Assembly (NCBI GenBank): GCA_965200395.1
Contig: CBDAUH010000002.1
Span: 77,246 to 141,245 of the forward strand
Source of the DNA: Candidatus Poribacteria bacterium
GTDB taxonomy: Bacteria > Poribacteria > WGA-4E > WGA-3G
DNA length: 64,000 nt
Direction: 5' to 3'
Shown one piece after another: positions 1 through 10,368 of this stretch (the stretch's first letter is position 1; each line of letters begins with the position of its first letter). The notes beneath the pieces were generated by a model. The model worked only from the letters and a program-made list of their open reading frames with translations, was not told where the DNA came from and ran no database searches. A program made the position numbers and the translations under genes.

Positions 1-5
1 TTGAT

Positions 6-866
6 ATGTCTGTTCCAGGCATTCCGCGAGAGGTACGTGATACTACACTCCTCTGTCCTCCAAATGATATCGATACCGTTGAAAAGTTGTTGGAAACAGA
101 CAAGGACATCGCCTGTGTTATTCTTGAACCGACAGGAGCATCCTTCGGAATTGTTCCAACTGACGGTATATTTTTGCAGCAACTTCGTGAAATTACGCAG
201 AAACACGGTGTTCTTCTCATTTTCGACGAGGTAATAACAGGCTTTCGCGTTGCCCCAGGGGGTGCTCAGGCACATTACAATGTCATCCCTGATTTGACAA
301 CACTGGCAAAGATAGTAGCAGGTGGGTTACCCGGTGGCGCACTCGTTGGAAAAAAAGAAATTCTTGAGCTAATATCATTGCAGGCTGAGGAAGATGGACT
401 AAAAATGCCACATCCTGGTACATTTAATGCTAATCCTCTCTCTGCATCTGCTGGTATTGCAATGCTCAACATTGTCAAGACAAGAGAACCGAATGAACAC
501 GCAAACCGCATTGCACAAAAACTTCGCGATGAACTCAACCGTGTTATTGATACATACCGATTAGATTGGGCGATATATGGTGAGTTTTCTGGTATCAGAC
601 TCCTCATCGGACACGGTGAAAAGGATATGCATGCTGCCGATTTCGACCCGTACGCCTGGGATTATAAAAAACTCAAGGGAGGTAATGATGATGAACTCCT
701 TATGCATCTTCGATGTGGTTTGTTGCTCAATGGTGTAGATCTCGCGACTAATGGGGGTATGACCACAGCTGCACATACAGAAGAAGACGTTACAAAAACA
801 GTCGATGCGTTTGCACAGACAATAGAGTGGATGAAGGCAGATAGGTTAATCCTCAAGACAAATTAG
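6..866 (+). CDS. Class III PLP-dependent aminotransferase (glutamate-1-semialdehyde aminomutase-like), 5' end outside window
   Basis: Motifs ACVILEP, LLIFDEVITGFR, PDLTTLAKIVAGGLP (PLP lysine), HPGTFNANPLS; only the C-terminal ~290 aa are visible. Confidence 0.85.
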   Translation: MSVPGIPREVRDTTLLCPPNDIDTVEKLLETDKDIACVILEPTGASFGIVPTDGIFLQQLREITQKHGVLLIFDEVITGFRVAPGGAQAHYNVIPDLTTLAKIVAGGLPGGALVGKKEILELISLQAEEDGLKMPHPGTFNANPLSASAGIAMLNIVKTREPNEHANRIAQKLRDELNRVIDTYRLDWAIYGEFSGIRLLIGHGEKDMHAADFDPYAWDYKKLKGGNDDELLMHLRCGLLLNGVDLATNGGMTTAAHTEEDVTKTVDAFAQTIEWMKADRLILKTN

Positions 867-880
867 ATAACTTCAAATAT

Positions 881-2121
881 ATGGATTACTATATCAGTCC
901 ATTTGGTAAGGATTCTAACTCAGGTATATCCCAGAAACATTCTTGGTACAGCATTGACCGGGTAAACGCGATGCAATTACTACCGGGTGATTCGGTGTGG
1001 TTTCAGGCTAATCAGACTTTCAAGGGAAACCTTACATTGTCTGTCGCAGATATAGATACCATAGATAAACCCATATCGTTTGGTTCTTATGGTGACGGAA
1101 CTGCAACTGTTAATGCTGGTATAGGTGCCGGTTTATACGCGAAAAACATGGGTTGTGTGCGGATAGTTGGTCTCAACTTCGTTGGTGCAGGAACAGAACG
1201 GAATACCAGTTCTGGAATCTTGTTCGTAAATACGTTACCAGAACACAAAAAGCTAAAACATCTACACATAGAGAATGTTAACATAAGCGGATTTAAATAT
1301 GCTGGGATAAGCATTGCAGCACAACCAGTTGATGGTGGGTGGTGTGGGTTTAGCGATGTAAAAATTGTACATGCAGATGTCCATGATAACGGAGACGTAG
1401 GGATAAACTGCATAGGCAATTGGAATCCTGAAGAGACAAGATATTCTCATTCTGATATCTATGTTGGAAAGTGTCGGGCCTTTAGAAACTTAGGTATTCC
1501 AGGCAAGGGAAGTCATTCAGGAAACGGAGTAGTCCTTGCACAGGTTGATGGGGCCATAATTGAACATTGTGAGGTATATGAAAACGGTGCTTTGAATGAT
1601 TGTAATGTCGGTGGTCCCGTTGGAATATGGACATGGGATTCAAATCGTGTGCTAATTCAGATGAACGAATCACATCATAACCGAACAAACAGCAGCAAAG
1701 ACGGTGGTGGGTTTGATCTTGATGGGGGTGTGCGGAGTTCAATTGTGCAGTATAACTATTCACACCACAATGATGGCGCGGGATATCTATTAGCACAATT
1801 TGATGGAGCAAAGGCATTCCATAGTAACATAATCCGCTATAATCTCAGTGAAAACGATGGTCGACGAAACACTTATGGCGGTGTTCACCTATGGTCAACA
1901 GGTTCAAACGGTGGTATCAGAAATACGACTATTTATCAGAATACAATCATATCCTCTAAATCTGTTACCGGAAATCCCTCCGCTGTTGACTGCAGGACTG
2001 ATGGAATTCACAACATTCGTTTCTACATAACATATTTAAAACAGATGGTGAAACAGATATAATTCGTGGTGAAGATAATTCTGAAGTGATTTTTAAAGGT
2101 AACACTTGCTTCACTGCATAA
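881..2121 (+). CDS. Right-handed parallel beta-helix (pectin lyase-like) protein, with an apparent 1-bp frameshift near the 3' end
   Basis: N-terminal YYISPFGKDSNSG...LLPGDSVWF, DGGGFDLDGG, Asn-ladder repeats; the ORF stops at 2062 but the -1 frame from 2029 continues NIFKTDGETD...FTA* to 2121. Confidence 0.75.
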
Positions 2122-2215
2122 TATACAGGTGCTTTCAGATGCAATTTAGGTAAGTCCTGATATAGTCAGCTATAATTCTATTGATGATAATTCGCTTCCA
2201 CGATGAGGATAAAGA

Positions 2216-3811
2216 ATGAAACGTTTTGGAACACAAGGGCGCGTATACCCTGATAGACACTATGTAGTACCTCGCACTAAAGAAATAGGTGACTTCAACA
2301 TGCGTGTCAAGGAAGGACGTTATATCGTTCTGTTTGCACCCCGCCAAACAGGTAAAACTACTTTCTTCAGGATGGCACTTGATTCCCTTGCTACAGATGA
2401 CCCCACCTATTTCCCGATTCAGTTGGATTTCCAAGTGATGCAAAATTGTTCCGCGCCCACTTTTTACGACAGGCTGTCCCAATTGATACGGAGACATATT
2501 CTGTATGTCCTTCAAAAATACGAAGTGGAAGAGTCTAAAGAATTAACAAGATTTTTGCATGAAATGCAATTGTGCGACCATTTTTCTTTTTTAACCTTTT
2601 TGGAAGAATTAGGCATATTACTAAAAAATAAGAAGGTTGTGCTACTCATAGACGAATTCGATGGTATCCCTCAAGATGTTGTTAGTGAATTTCTATATAC
2701 ACTTCGCCACATTTATCTTTCTGATGAGCTCCAATGTCCGCACAGTGTTGGCATCGTTGGGGTTAAAAGCATTAGCCAGCTCAATTATGACCGATCCGTT
2801 TCACCGTTTAATGTTCAAGATGAGTTCAAGTTACCAAACTTTACATTAGAACATGTGCAAGAACTTTTTTCCCAATATACAGACGAAGTCGGGCAATCCT
2901 TCACACCAGAGGTAATAACGTCTGTCCATAAGCAGACTGCAGGGCAACCTGTACTTGTAAATCGCTTTGCACAGATACTCACTGAAGAGATGGATATTCC
3001 TAAAACTGACACTATTACACTATTACACTTTTCAGATGCACATACACAGATCCTGCGCGAACGAAACGTTAATATACAGCATCTAACAATGAATGTTCGT
3101 AGAGATCCACGTTTTGAAAGGACGTTGATGAAAATCATGGCTCGTGAGGAGGGAGTAGACTTCAATTTAGATGACGACATTATCAGTGAACTGGCAACTT
3201 ATGGTGTTATTCAGGAATCTACGGATAAAATGTGTGAGATTGCTAATCCGATATATCTTTATCGTATTATGAGAACATTCAAACCAATGGTAAATGGGTT
3301 GGAGCATGAATATTTCTCTGAAGAACGTGATGAATGTTCTTTAGATTACCTAACTTCCGTTGGACAGATTGATATGCCACGCCTACTTGATAATTTCGGA
3401 GATTTTATCGCACGCGCAGGTTTTCGTGTCTTGCAAGTACCCAAAAAACCAAAGGAGTATATCGGACAACACTTACTTTATGCATACCTTGATCAGTTTG
3501 TCCGTAGTGTAGGTGGAAATATGTACATGGAAGTGCAAACAGGACGTGGTAGAATGGATATTCTTCTTATTCACAATCAACGAAAATATATTGTTGAAAC
3601 AAAGATTTGGGAAGGTAAAAGCCGTTACGCTGCAGGTAAAAAACAACTCGCGAGGTATATGGAATTAGAACAGGTCAAGGAAGGTTACTATGTCGTGTTT
3701 GATCACAGAAATAATCCTGAACCGCGAGTGGAAACAGAGACTGTGGACGGGATGTCAATACGAAGTTATGTTATTCCTATAATACAAGAACGTCCTTCAT
3801 CAGAAAGGTGA
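2216..3811 (+). CDS. AAA-like P-loop ATPase with C-terminal PD-(D/E)XK nuclease-like domain
   Basis: Walker A APRQTGKTT, Walker B LLIDEFD; C-terminal EVQTGRGRMDILL...YIVETK...QL..Y. Confidence 0.75.
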   Translation: MKRFGTQGRVYPDRHYVVPRTKEIGDFNMRVKEGRYIVLFAPRQTGKTTFFRMALDSLATDDPTYFPIQLDFQVMQNCSAPTFYDRLSQLIRRHILYVLQKYEVEESKELTRFLHEMQLCDHFSFLTFLEELGILLKNKKVVLLIDEFDGIPQDVVSEFLYTLRHIYLSDELQCPHSVGIVGVKSISQLNYDRSVSPFNVQDEFKLPNFTLEHVQELFSQYTDEVGQSFTPEVITSVHKQTAGQPVLVNRFAQILTEEMDIPKTDTITLLHFSDAHTQILRERNVNIQHLTMNVRRDPRFERTLMKIMAREEGVDFNLDDDIISELATYGVIQESTDKMCEIANPIYLYRIMRTFKPMVNGLEHEYFSEERDECSLDYLTSVGQIDMPRLLDNFGDFIARAGFRVLQVPKKPKEYIGQHLLYAYLDQFVRSVGGNMYMEVQTGRGRMDILLIHNQRKYIVETKIWEGKSRYAAGKKQLARYMELEQVKEGYYVVFDHRNNPEPRVETETVDGMSIRSYVIPIIQERPSSER

Positions 3812-3879
3812 ATTGACAAGGGGCAAAAAATACAGATACACATGGTTAAAAATATAGATGCTGAAAGGAACAGACGAAT

Positions 3880-4863
3880 ATGAAAACAATTACCTATCGT
3901 GATGCTTTAAAGGAAGCACTGATAGAGGAGATGGAACGAGACGACGCTGTCTTTCTCATGGGGGAAGATATTGCGGAATACGGCGGAGCATATAAGGTTA
4001 CGGATGGACTATACAAGCAGTTTGGAAAAGATCGTATCCGAAACACACCGATTTCTGAAGCTGCTATCATCGGCACGGCATTGGGGGCTGCTGTAACAGG
4101 GCTGCGTCCTGTCGCGGAACTGATGTACATTGACTTTACTGCTGTCGGTATGGACCAGATAGTTAATCAAGTTGCGAAAATACGATATATGGTTGGTGGG
4201 CAATTAGATGTGCCACTTGTTATCCGCACACAAGGTGGTGCTGGCCGTTCCTCTGCCGCACAGCATGCACAGAGTCTTGAGTCATGGTTTGTACATATTC
4301 CTGGGCTCCTTGTTGTGATGCCCGCTACGCCTTATGATGCCAAAGGATTGCTGAAAACTGCTATCCGAAACGACAATCCTATTATGTTCATTGAACACAA
4401 ACTACTTTATACGGAGGAGGGCGAGATTCCCGAAGAAGAATACACAATTCCATTAGGAAAAGCCGACATTAAACGGGAAGGTGAGGATATAACGATTTTA
4501 GCAACATCACGTATGGTCCTTAAAGCACTCGCTGCTGCAGATGAACTTGCTGAAGCAGGCATATCTGCAGAAATTGTCGACCCAAGGACGTTGATGCCCC
4601 TTGACAAAGATACTATATATGAATCAGTTAAGAAAACGAATCGCTTATTAATTGCGCATGAAGCCGTGGGTAGGGCAGGATTTGGTGCGGAGATCGCTGC
4701 CTTAGTTGTTCGTGAAGTGTTTGACTACCTGGATGCACCGATTGAACGTGTTACCGCTGCACCTGTCCCTGTACCGTTTGCACCTGTGATGGAAAACTTT
4801 GTTATTCCTGATATAGAACAGATTGTTGATGCTGCACAGAAGCTAGTCAGATACGAAATTTAA
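3880..4863 (+). CDS. pdhB: 2-oxoacid/acetoin dehydrogenase E1 beta subunit (PdhB/AcoB family)
   Basis: VFLMGEDIAEYGG, NTPISEAAIIG, GLRPVAELM, AAQHAQSLE, FDYLDAPIERV; RBS AAAGGA upstream. Confidence 0.9.
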   Translation: MKTITYRDALKEALIEEMERDDAVFLMGEDIAEYGGAYKVTDGLYKQFGKDRIRNTPISEAAIIGTALGAAVTGLRPVAELMYIDFTAVGMDQIVNQVAKIRYMVGGQLDVPLVIRTQGGAGRSSAAQHAQSLESWFVHIPGLLVVMPATPYDAKGLLKTAIRNDNPIMFIEHKLLYTEEGEIPEEEYTIPLGKADIKREGEDITILATSRMVLKALAAADELAEAGISAEIVDPRTLMPLDKDTIYESVKKTNRLLIAHEAVGRAGFGAEIAALVVREVFDYLDAPIERVTAAPVPVPFAPVMENFVIPDIEQIVDAAQKLVRYEI

Positions 4864-4894
4864 AATAACTTATGATCACATAAAGGAGAATAAA

Positions 4895-5842
4895 ATGGAT
4901 CTATCCGATTTTTTAGCTCTAATTAACCCGAAACGTATTCTGTTTATCATACTCGGATTACTAATCTTGTTATGTTTAGCTACCAGTTTTTATACCGTTG
5001 AAGCAGATGAAATTGCTGTCGTGCTTTTGTTCGGTAAATCTGTTCGACAAGCTGAACCCGGCCTCCATTTCAAGCTACCGCTTGGTATTGAAATGGCAAT
5101 AAACGTCCCTGTCAGAAAGGTTTTTAAGGAAGAATTTGGTTTTCGCACTCTCAAAGCAGGAGTACGCACACAGTACGATACACGAGAATACTCAGAAGAA
5201 TCCTTGCTACTGACAGGAGACCTCAATATCGCTGACGTAGAATGGGTGGTCCAATATAAAATCAAAGACCCAACAGCGTATCTGTTTTCTGTACGAAACC
5301 CACAACGCGCTTTGCGTGACCTTTCAGAATCTGTGATGAGCCGTGTAATAGGTGACAGAATTGTCACGGAAGTTCTAACGGTTGGTCGTATTGAAATCGC
5401 CGCAGAAGTCGAACAACATCTGCAGCAGCTACTTGATCTATATGAAACGGGTTTGGATGTCGCAAATGTGACACTGCAGGACGTGAATCCACCAGAAAAG
5501 GTGAAATCCGCTTTTAATGCAGTGAATGAGGCAAAGCAAGAAAAAGAACGACTCATCAACGAAGCCTGGAGAGATTACAACCAATCTGTGCCAAAATCCA
5601 AAGGTTTGGCCGCACAACAGATTTCTGAAGCACAAGGATACGCGCTGAAGCGAGTCAATCAAGCACAAGGAGACGCAGACCGATTCAACGCGATTCGCTC
5701 CGAATACCAAAAAGCAAAAGAGGTAACCAGACAAAGACTATATCTAGAAACAATGCAGGAGGTCCTGCCACAAGTTAAGGAGATATATGTCATTGACGAT
5801 AAAACCAACACACCAATTCCAATCCTTCAACTAACAGAATAG
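4895..5842 (+). CDS. hflK: FtsH protease modulator HflK (SPFH domain)
   Basis: N-terminal TM, PGLHFKLP, LLTGDLNIADVEWVVQYKI, VTRQRLYLETMQEVL; RBS AAGGAG; followed by hflC. Confidence 0.92.
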   Translation: MDLSDFLALINPKRILFIILGLLILLCLATSFYTVEADEIAVVLLFGKSVRQAEPGLHFKLPLGIEMAINVPVRKVFKEEFGFRTLKAGVRTQYDTREYSEESLLLTGDLNIADVEWVVQYKIKDPTAYLFSVRNPQRALRDLSESVMSRVIGDRIVTEVLTVGRIEIAAEVEQHLQQLLDLYETGLDVANVTLQDVNPPEKVKSAFNAVNEAKQEKERLINEAWRDYNQSVPKSKGLAAQQISEAQGYALKRVNQAQGDADRFNAIRSEYQKAKEVTRQRLYLETMQEVLPQVKEIYVIDDKTNTPIPILQLTE

Positions 5843-5852
5843 GAGTTACCTG

Positions 5853-6812
5853 ATGAAGTTAAAAATACTCATACCAATAATCGTCCTCATAATTTTATTT
5901 ATTCCAATCGCCTTTAGTATGTTCTATGTTGTAAATGAAGCAGAACAAGTCGTCATAACAGAATTCGGTCGTCCTGTTGGGGAACCGGTCGTTAGTGCTG
6001 GATTAAAAATCAAAACACCGTTTATTCAACAGATCCATCGCTTTGAGAAACGGGTTCTTGAATGGGACGGTTCGCCTAACCAAATTCCAACCAAAGATAA
6101 GAAGTTTATCTGGCTCGATACAACCGCACGATGGAGAATTAAAGACGCTCTTAAATTCTATCAAGCCCTTGGAACAGAAACACTTGCACAATCCCGCTTA
6201 GATGATATTATAGATTCTGCAGCTCGAGATTTGGTCACAGCACAACTGTTGATCGAAGTTGTCCGAGATTCCAACCGTGTTCTCAACCTCGATATAGAGA
6301 CACTTGAAGAAGATATAGGACAATTAGGTGAGCCGTTAGAAGAAATACAGATAGGTAGAGAAAAGATTACGCAGATGATACGTGAAAAAGTGCAGGAAAC
6401 TGTACCACAATTTGGCATTGAACTCGTTGATGTCCAAGTTAAACGTATCAACTATGTTGACGAAGTCCGAGAGAAAGTCTTTACCCGTATGATTTCAGAA
6501 CGACAACGTATCTCTGAAAAATACAAATCAGAAGGGGAAGGGGAAGCCGCGAAGATCATGGGTGAGAAGCAGAAAGAACTAGAACGCATCCAATCCGAAG
6601 CATACAAGGAAACAGAACAGATTAAAGGGGACGCTGACGCACAAGCCATCCAGATTTACGCGCAAGCGCACGGCAAAGACCCCGAATTTTTCGCTTTCCT
6701 CCAAACCTTACAGACCTATCGCAAGTCCACAAATCCAAGCACCAAACTTATCCTGACAACCGATAGCGAACTTTATAAATATCTCAAAGATAGTCAGTCG
6801 TTTAGGCGTTAA
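5853..6812 (+). CDS. hflC: FtsH protease modulator HflC
   Basis: N-terminal TM, GLKIKTPFIQ, FGIELVDVQVKRINY, RMISER, KDPEFFAF. Confidence 0.92.
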   Translation: MKLKILIPIIVLIILFIPIAFSMFYVVNEAEQVVITEFGRPVGEPVVSAGLKIKTPFIQQIHRFEKRVLEWDGSPNQIPTKDKKFIWLDTTARWRIKDALKFYQALGTETLAQSRLDDIIDSAARDLVTAQLLIEVVRDSNRVLNLDIETLEEDIGQLGEPLEEIQIGREKITQMIREKVQETVPQFGIELVDVQVKRINYVDEVREKVFTRMISERQRISEKYKSEGEGEAAKIMGEKQKELERIQSEAYKETEQIKGDADAQAIQIYAQAHGKDPEFFAFLQTLQTYRKSTNPSTKLILTTDSELYKYLKDSQSFRR

Positions 6813-6929
6813 TTATTGCACTACGACACTTTTTATGATATAGTAATACTTGAGTGAACGCATTGAGATACACTATTTGCTCTCATACAATTGCTATTAT
6901 CAATACTTTGAATAGATTTGTAAGGATTT

Positions 6930-7316
6930 ATGATGTTTGGGATTATGATGGCGGAAAGACTCTGGAGAGAAAGAAAAGAGAGAATCCATAAGGAAAAACT
7001 AGCTGCGACCTTGTCACCACTTGCGTGGCGTGTCGCAGTGAGCTTCATGGATAAGTGTGATACTGAGCTTGTAAACAAATCAGATTCCGATCTGTTAGAA
7101 ATGGTAAAAACGTTTGGTGCTAGTAAAGCACTTGACATTGCAGCAGAACAGGCTGGTAAAGACATTTTGGAATTTATCAACAGTATTGAACATGATGTAG
7201 ATGCTAACCGAATAGCCATTAAAATTTCTGACTTGCTGGTTCGTGATGATTTTGCAAATCAAGTGGTATCTTTAGTAAGAGAAAACCAATATCTGCATAT
7301 TGAGTGGAATCGCTGA
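6930..7316 (+). CDS. Hypothetical helical protein
   Basis: 128-aa ORF with AAGGA RBS; no recognised motif. Confidence 0.5.
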   Translation: MMFGIMMAERLWRERKERIHKEKLAATLSPLAWRVAVSFMDKCDTELVNKSDSDLLEMVKTFGASKALDIAAEQAGKDILEFINSIEHDVDANRIAIKISDLLVRDDFANQVVSLVRENQYLHIEWNR

Positions 7317-7376
7317 AATATGCACTCTGTGCAGAGATGTTAAACCTGTGCAGCTAATACAAAGGAGAATTAAACG

Positions 7377-7718
7377 ATGGCAAAAATAGGACCTTGGAAC
7401 GTCTTTGTGGACAATAAAACATATCAATTTGTAACCTATGATGTGATAGGACCATTTCCGAATTCTGCTGGGGTTTATATGCTATTGAAAGGTACGCCTA
7501 CCGCACAAAACAGAATTAATCATGAGATATTATATATAGGCGAGACAGATTCTTTACAAACACGGCTAAGAAAGGGACATCATGATTGGGATGAAGCATC
7601 CGGACTTGGAATGAACTATATATCAATTTATGAGGTTAAGCCTTGGGAGAATCAGATAGGTATTCAAAACAGTCTGATTCAAAATTTTAAACCTCTTCTT
7701 AACAACAAAGTAGGTTGA
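7377..7718 (+). CDS. Stand-alone GIY-YIG-like nuclease domain protein
   Basis: P.SAGVYML...ILYIGETDSLQTRL..HH, C-terminal F.PLLN; strong RBS AAAGGAG. Confidence 0.65.
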   Translation: MAKIGPWNVFVDNKTYQFVTYDVIGPFPNSAGVYMLLKGTPTAQNRINHEILYIGETDSLQTRLRKGHHDWDEASGLGMNYISIYEVKPWENQIGIQNSLIQNFKPLLNNKVG

Positions 7719-8254
7719 TGAATGAACTTTATTGACAATAATCTTGTAATATGTGTGGAAACGATAAATCCGCGTATCGATAAAGGAAGGAAAAATGAAA
7801 CAATTATTAGCACTGTCTATTTGATATTTCTCAAAAGCACCTGGAAGTCAGTATCTATCAAGGGTCTTTCAATATGCGGTCATGAAAATGCTAAAAAATG
7901 CTAATGGATATGTCCCATTATGTGAAAAATATACCTTATTTTTATTACAAAATAGAATAAAATCGTCCATTAGATCGGTTTTTCACAGGTATTTGGTATT
8001 GATATTATCAGGTTTATAGGAATTAGAAAACTTTCACTTGTGTAAAATGTGTGCGTTTGTTTTCGCGAAGTGAATGGTCATGTGAGTAAAAAGTTGCATT
8101 TTCACTTATTTTTTACATGAGCTGAACAATTGTGAAAAATGTCAGAGAATATATTAATAAATTCAACTTTGACACATTCTATTGCTATTGCAACATTCAT
8201 AACTCATACATCAACGACTTGTCAAAGTATTTAAAGAGGTGTAAAAATAGTCAG

Positions 8255-8665
8255 ATGTCATTGTTAGGCAAACTATTCGGCAAGATTGGTATGCTTGGTA
8301 TGTGTAGTCAATGTAAAACTGCTATAAAAGTCAGTTATCTTGTGGCTCCACCGGTAACTTATGATACATTGGTATTACAACTAAGATCAACTGGTGTTTT
8401 ATGCCATAGGGCATGTGCAGCTGCAGGTACACTACCTCCCTTTACTGGTGTGAATATACCAGGGAACGTGTATTCTAATAGACTACTACAATCAGGCGTT
8501 ATCTGTAAGAAATGTCAAACAGCTTTTGAAACAGGCTTTTCTTTGTTAAACCTTAATCCTGATGTGCCTTTGACGCGTGATGGTTTGGTACATCTACTCC
8601 GCAGGGAGAATTTAATTTGCTATACTTGTTATCAGTCTTTCATTTCGACCCAAGAGAGAAATTAA
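8255..8665 (+). CDS. Small Cys-rich, probably zinc-binding protein (two internal repeats)
   Basis: CSQC, CHRAC, CKKC, CYTC; start reassigned to ATG 8255 downstream of AAGAGGT. Confidence 0.55.
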   Translation: MSLLGKLFGKIGMLGMCSQCKTAIKVSYLVAPPVTYDTLVLQLRSTGVLCHRACAAAGTLPPFTGVNIPGNVYSNRLLQSGVICKKCQTAFETGFSLLNLNPDVPLTRDGLVHLLRRENLICYTCYQSFISTQERN

Positions 8666-8829
8666 ATGGAAAGTTTTACACAACTAATGATATGACGCAT
8701 TTCTTCTGATCAAGAACTCAATCCATCAGTGGATTCTTGTTTCAACAATTATGACGAAAAACATTATTAACGATTAACGTAAAACTTTCTAAGAAAATTC
8801 CTCTACTTGAGAATAGGTAAAGAAACTTT

Positions 8830-10362
8830 ATGCAAAAACAATCTTCTATAACAAATAATTTTATAGATTCATTTCTCCTTGCCACTAACACCAATCTCCG
8901 AACCTACCGCTTACTTCTTGTATGCGCTGGTATTTTCACACTGCCTCTAAACACAGCTGCACCAGAAACACTGCAAGTTCCCGCATTCCCGGGCGCAGAA
9001 GGTTACGGCGCAATCACTCGCGGCGGCAGAGATGGAAAAGTCATCCTCGTGACGAATCTGGACGACTCCGGGCCAGGCAGCTTGCGAGAAGCGGTGGATA
9101 CTGAAGGACCGCGAATAGTCATATTCACAGTTTCAGGTACTATCACGCTCGAGAGTAGATTGAGAATCTCCCATCCCTATATCACTATTGCAGGGCAAAC
9201 AGCCCCGGGAGACGGTATTTGCATCAGGAAATATCCAATCGGAATTTATGCCAGCGAAGTTATTATCAGGTATATAAGAGTGAGATTGGGAGATGAAGCC
9301 AGTTATGATGCAGATGCCATTTCAGGCAGGTATCAGAAGAATATTATCCTCGATCATGTGTCGGCAAGTTGGAGCATTGACGAAACAGTTTCTATCTATC
9401 ATTGTGAAAATGTAACCATTCAATGGTGCCTCATCTCCGAAAGTCTGTATGATGCCGGTCACGCTAAAGGTGTGCATGGATTTGGCGGAATATGGGGGTC
9501 AAACCGTAGCACGTACCATCATAACCTACTGGCACACCACAGCAGCCGCAATCCGCGTTTTGCATCGGGTTGCGGTTATAACGACTTTAGAAACAATGTG
9601 ATATACAACTGGGGTTATAACAGTGCCTACGGTGGAGAGAAACAAGAGGAAGACGATGAACGGTTCAACTTTGCCGTTATCAACATGGTCGCAAACTACT
9701 ACAAGCCAGGCCCCGCAACTCGTCCTGGTAATTGGATGTTCCGTATTATTAATCCATCATCGGGTAACTCGAAAGATAACTTTGGTAAATGGTATGTAGC
9801 AGACAATTATGTCTATGGCAATCCTGAAGTTACTGCAAATAACTGGAACGGTGGTGTACAGCCTCAGGGTGGCGATGCACATATCGCAATATTAAAACTT
9901 GATAAACCATTTGAGGTTATGCCTATCAACCAGCGAACTGCTGAAGAGGCGTACATTGCTGTGCTCCAAAAGGTCGGTGCATTATTGCCCAAACGCGATG
10001 CAATTGATGCACGCATCGTTGATGAAACCCGTAATGGCTATGCCGCTTATGAGGGAATAACCTATAAAAGGAATAGACGCGTGTCTGATGAATCTAAAAA
10101 GTGTGGTATCATCGACTCACAGAGAGATGTCGGTGGATGGCCGGAACTCAAGAGTCTGCCTGCACCACTTGACAGCGACAGGGACGGCATGCCAGACGAA
10201 TGGGAAAAGAGATACAATCTTGAACCAAATGACGTTTCCGATACATCAAAAGACAAGGATAAAGATGGATACACAAACATTGAAGAGTACCTCAACAGAA
10301 CTGACCCTACAGAGTTTGTAGACTATACCAAACCTGAGAACAACGTGAACACGTTGAAGTAA
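8830..10362 (+). CDS. Pectate lyase (PL1-like) with C-terminal Asp-rich calcium-binding motifs
   Basis: PAFPGAEGYGA.TRGGR.GKV..VTNL.DSGPGSLREA, ITIAGQTAPGDGI, DHVSASWSIDE, SRNPRF, DSDRDGMPDEWE, DKDGYTNIEEYLN. Confidence 0.88.
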   Translation: MQKQSSITNNFIDSFLLATNTNLRTYRLLLVCAGIFTLPLNTAAPETLQVPAFPGAEGYGAITRGGRDGKVILVTNLDDSGPGSLREAVDTEGPRIVIFTVSGTITLESRLRISHPYITIAGQTAPGDGICIRKYPIGIYASEVIIRYIRVRLGDEASYDADAISGRYQKNIILDHVSASWSIDETVSIYHCENVTIQWCLISESLYDAGHAKGVHGFGGIWGSNRSTYHHNLLAHHSSRNPRFASGCGYNDFRNNVIYNWGYNSAYGGEKQEEDDERFNFAVINMVANYYKPGPATRPGNWMFRIINPSSGNSKDNFGKWYVADNYVYGNPEVTANNWNGGVQPQGGDAHIAILKLDKPFEVMPINQRTAEEAYIAVLQKVGALLPKRDAIDARIVDETRNGYAAYEGITYKRNRRVSDESKKCGIIDSQRDVGGWPELKSLPAPLDSDRDGMPDEWEKRYNLEPNDVSDTSKDKDKDGYTNIEEYLNRTDPTEFVDYTKPENNVNTLK

Positions 10363-10368
10363 ATCTTT

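Noticed and set aside
7722-7904. 60-aa ORF after the GIY-YIG gene
   Set aside because: Short, no motif or clear RBS; cannot be supported as a gene
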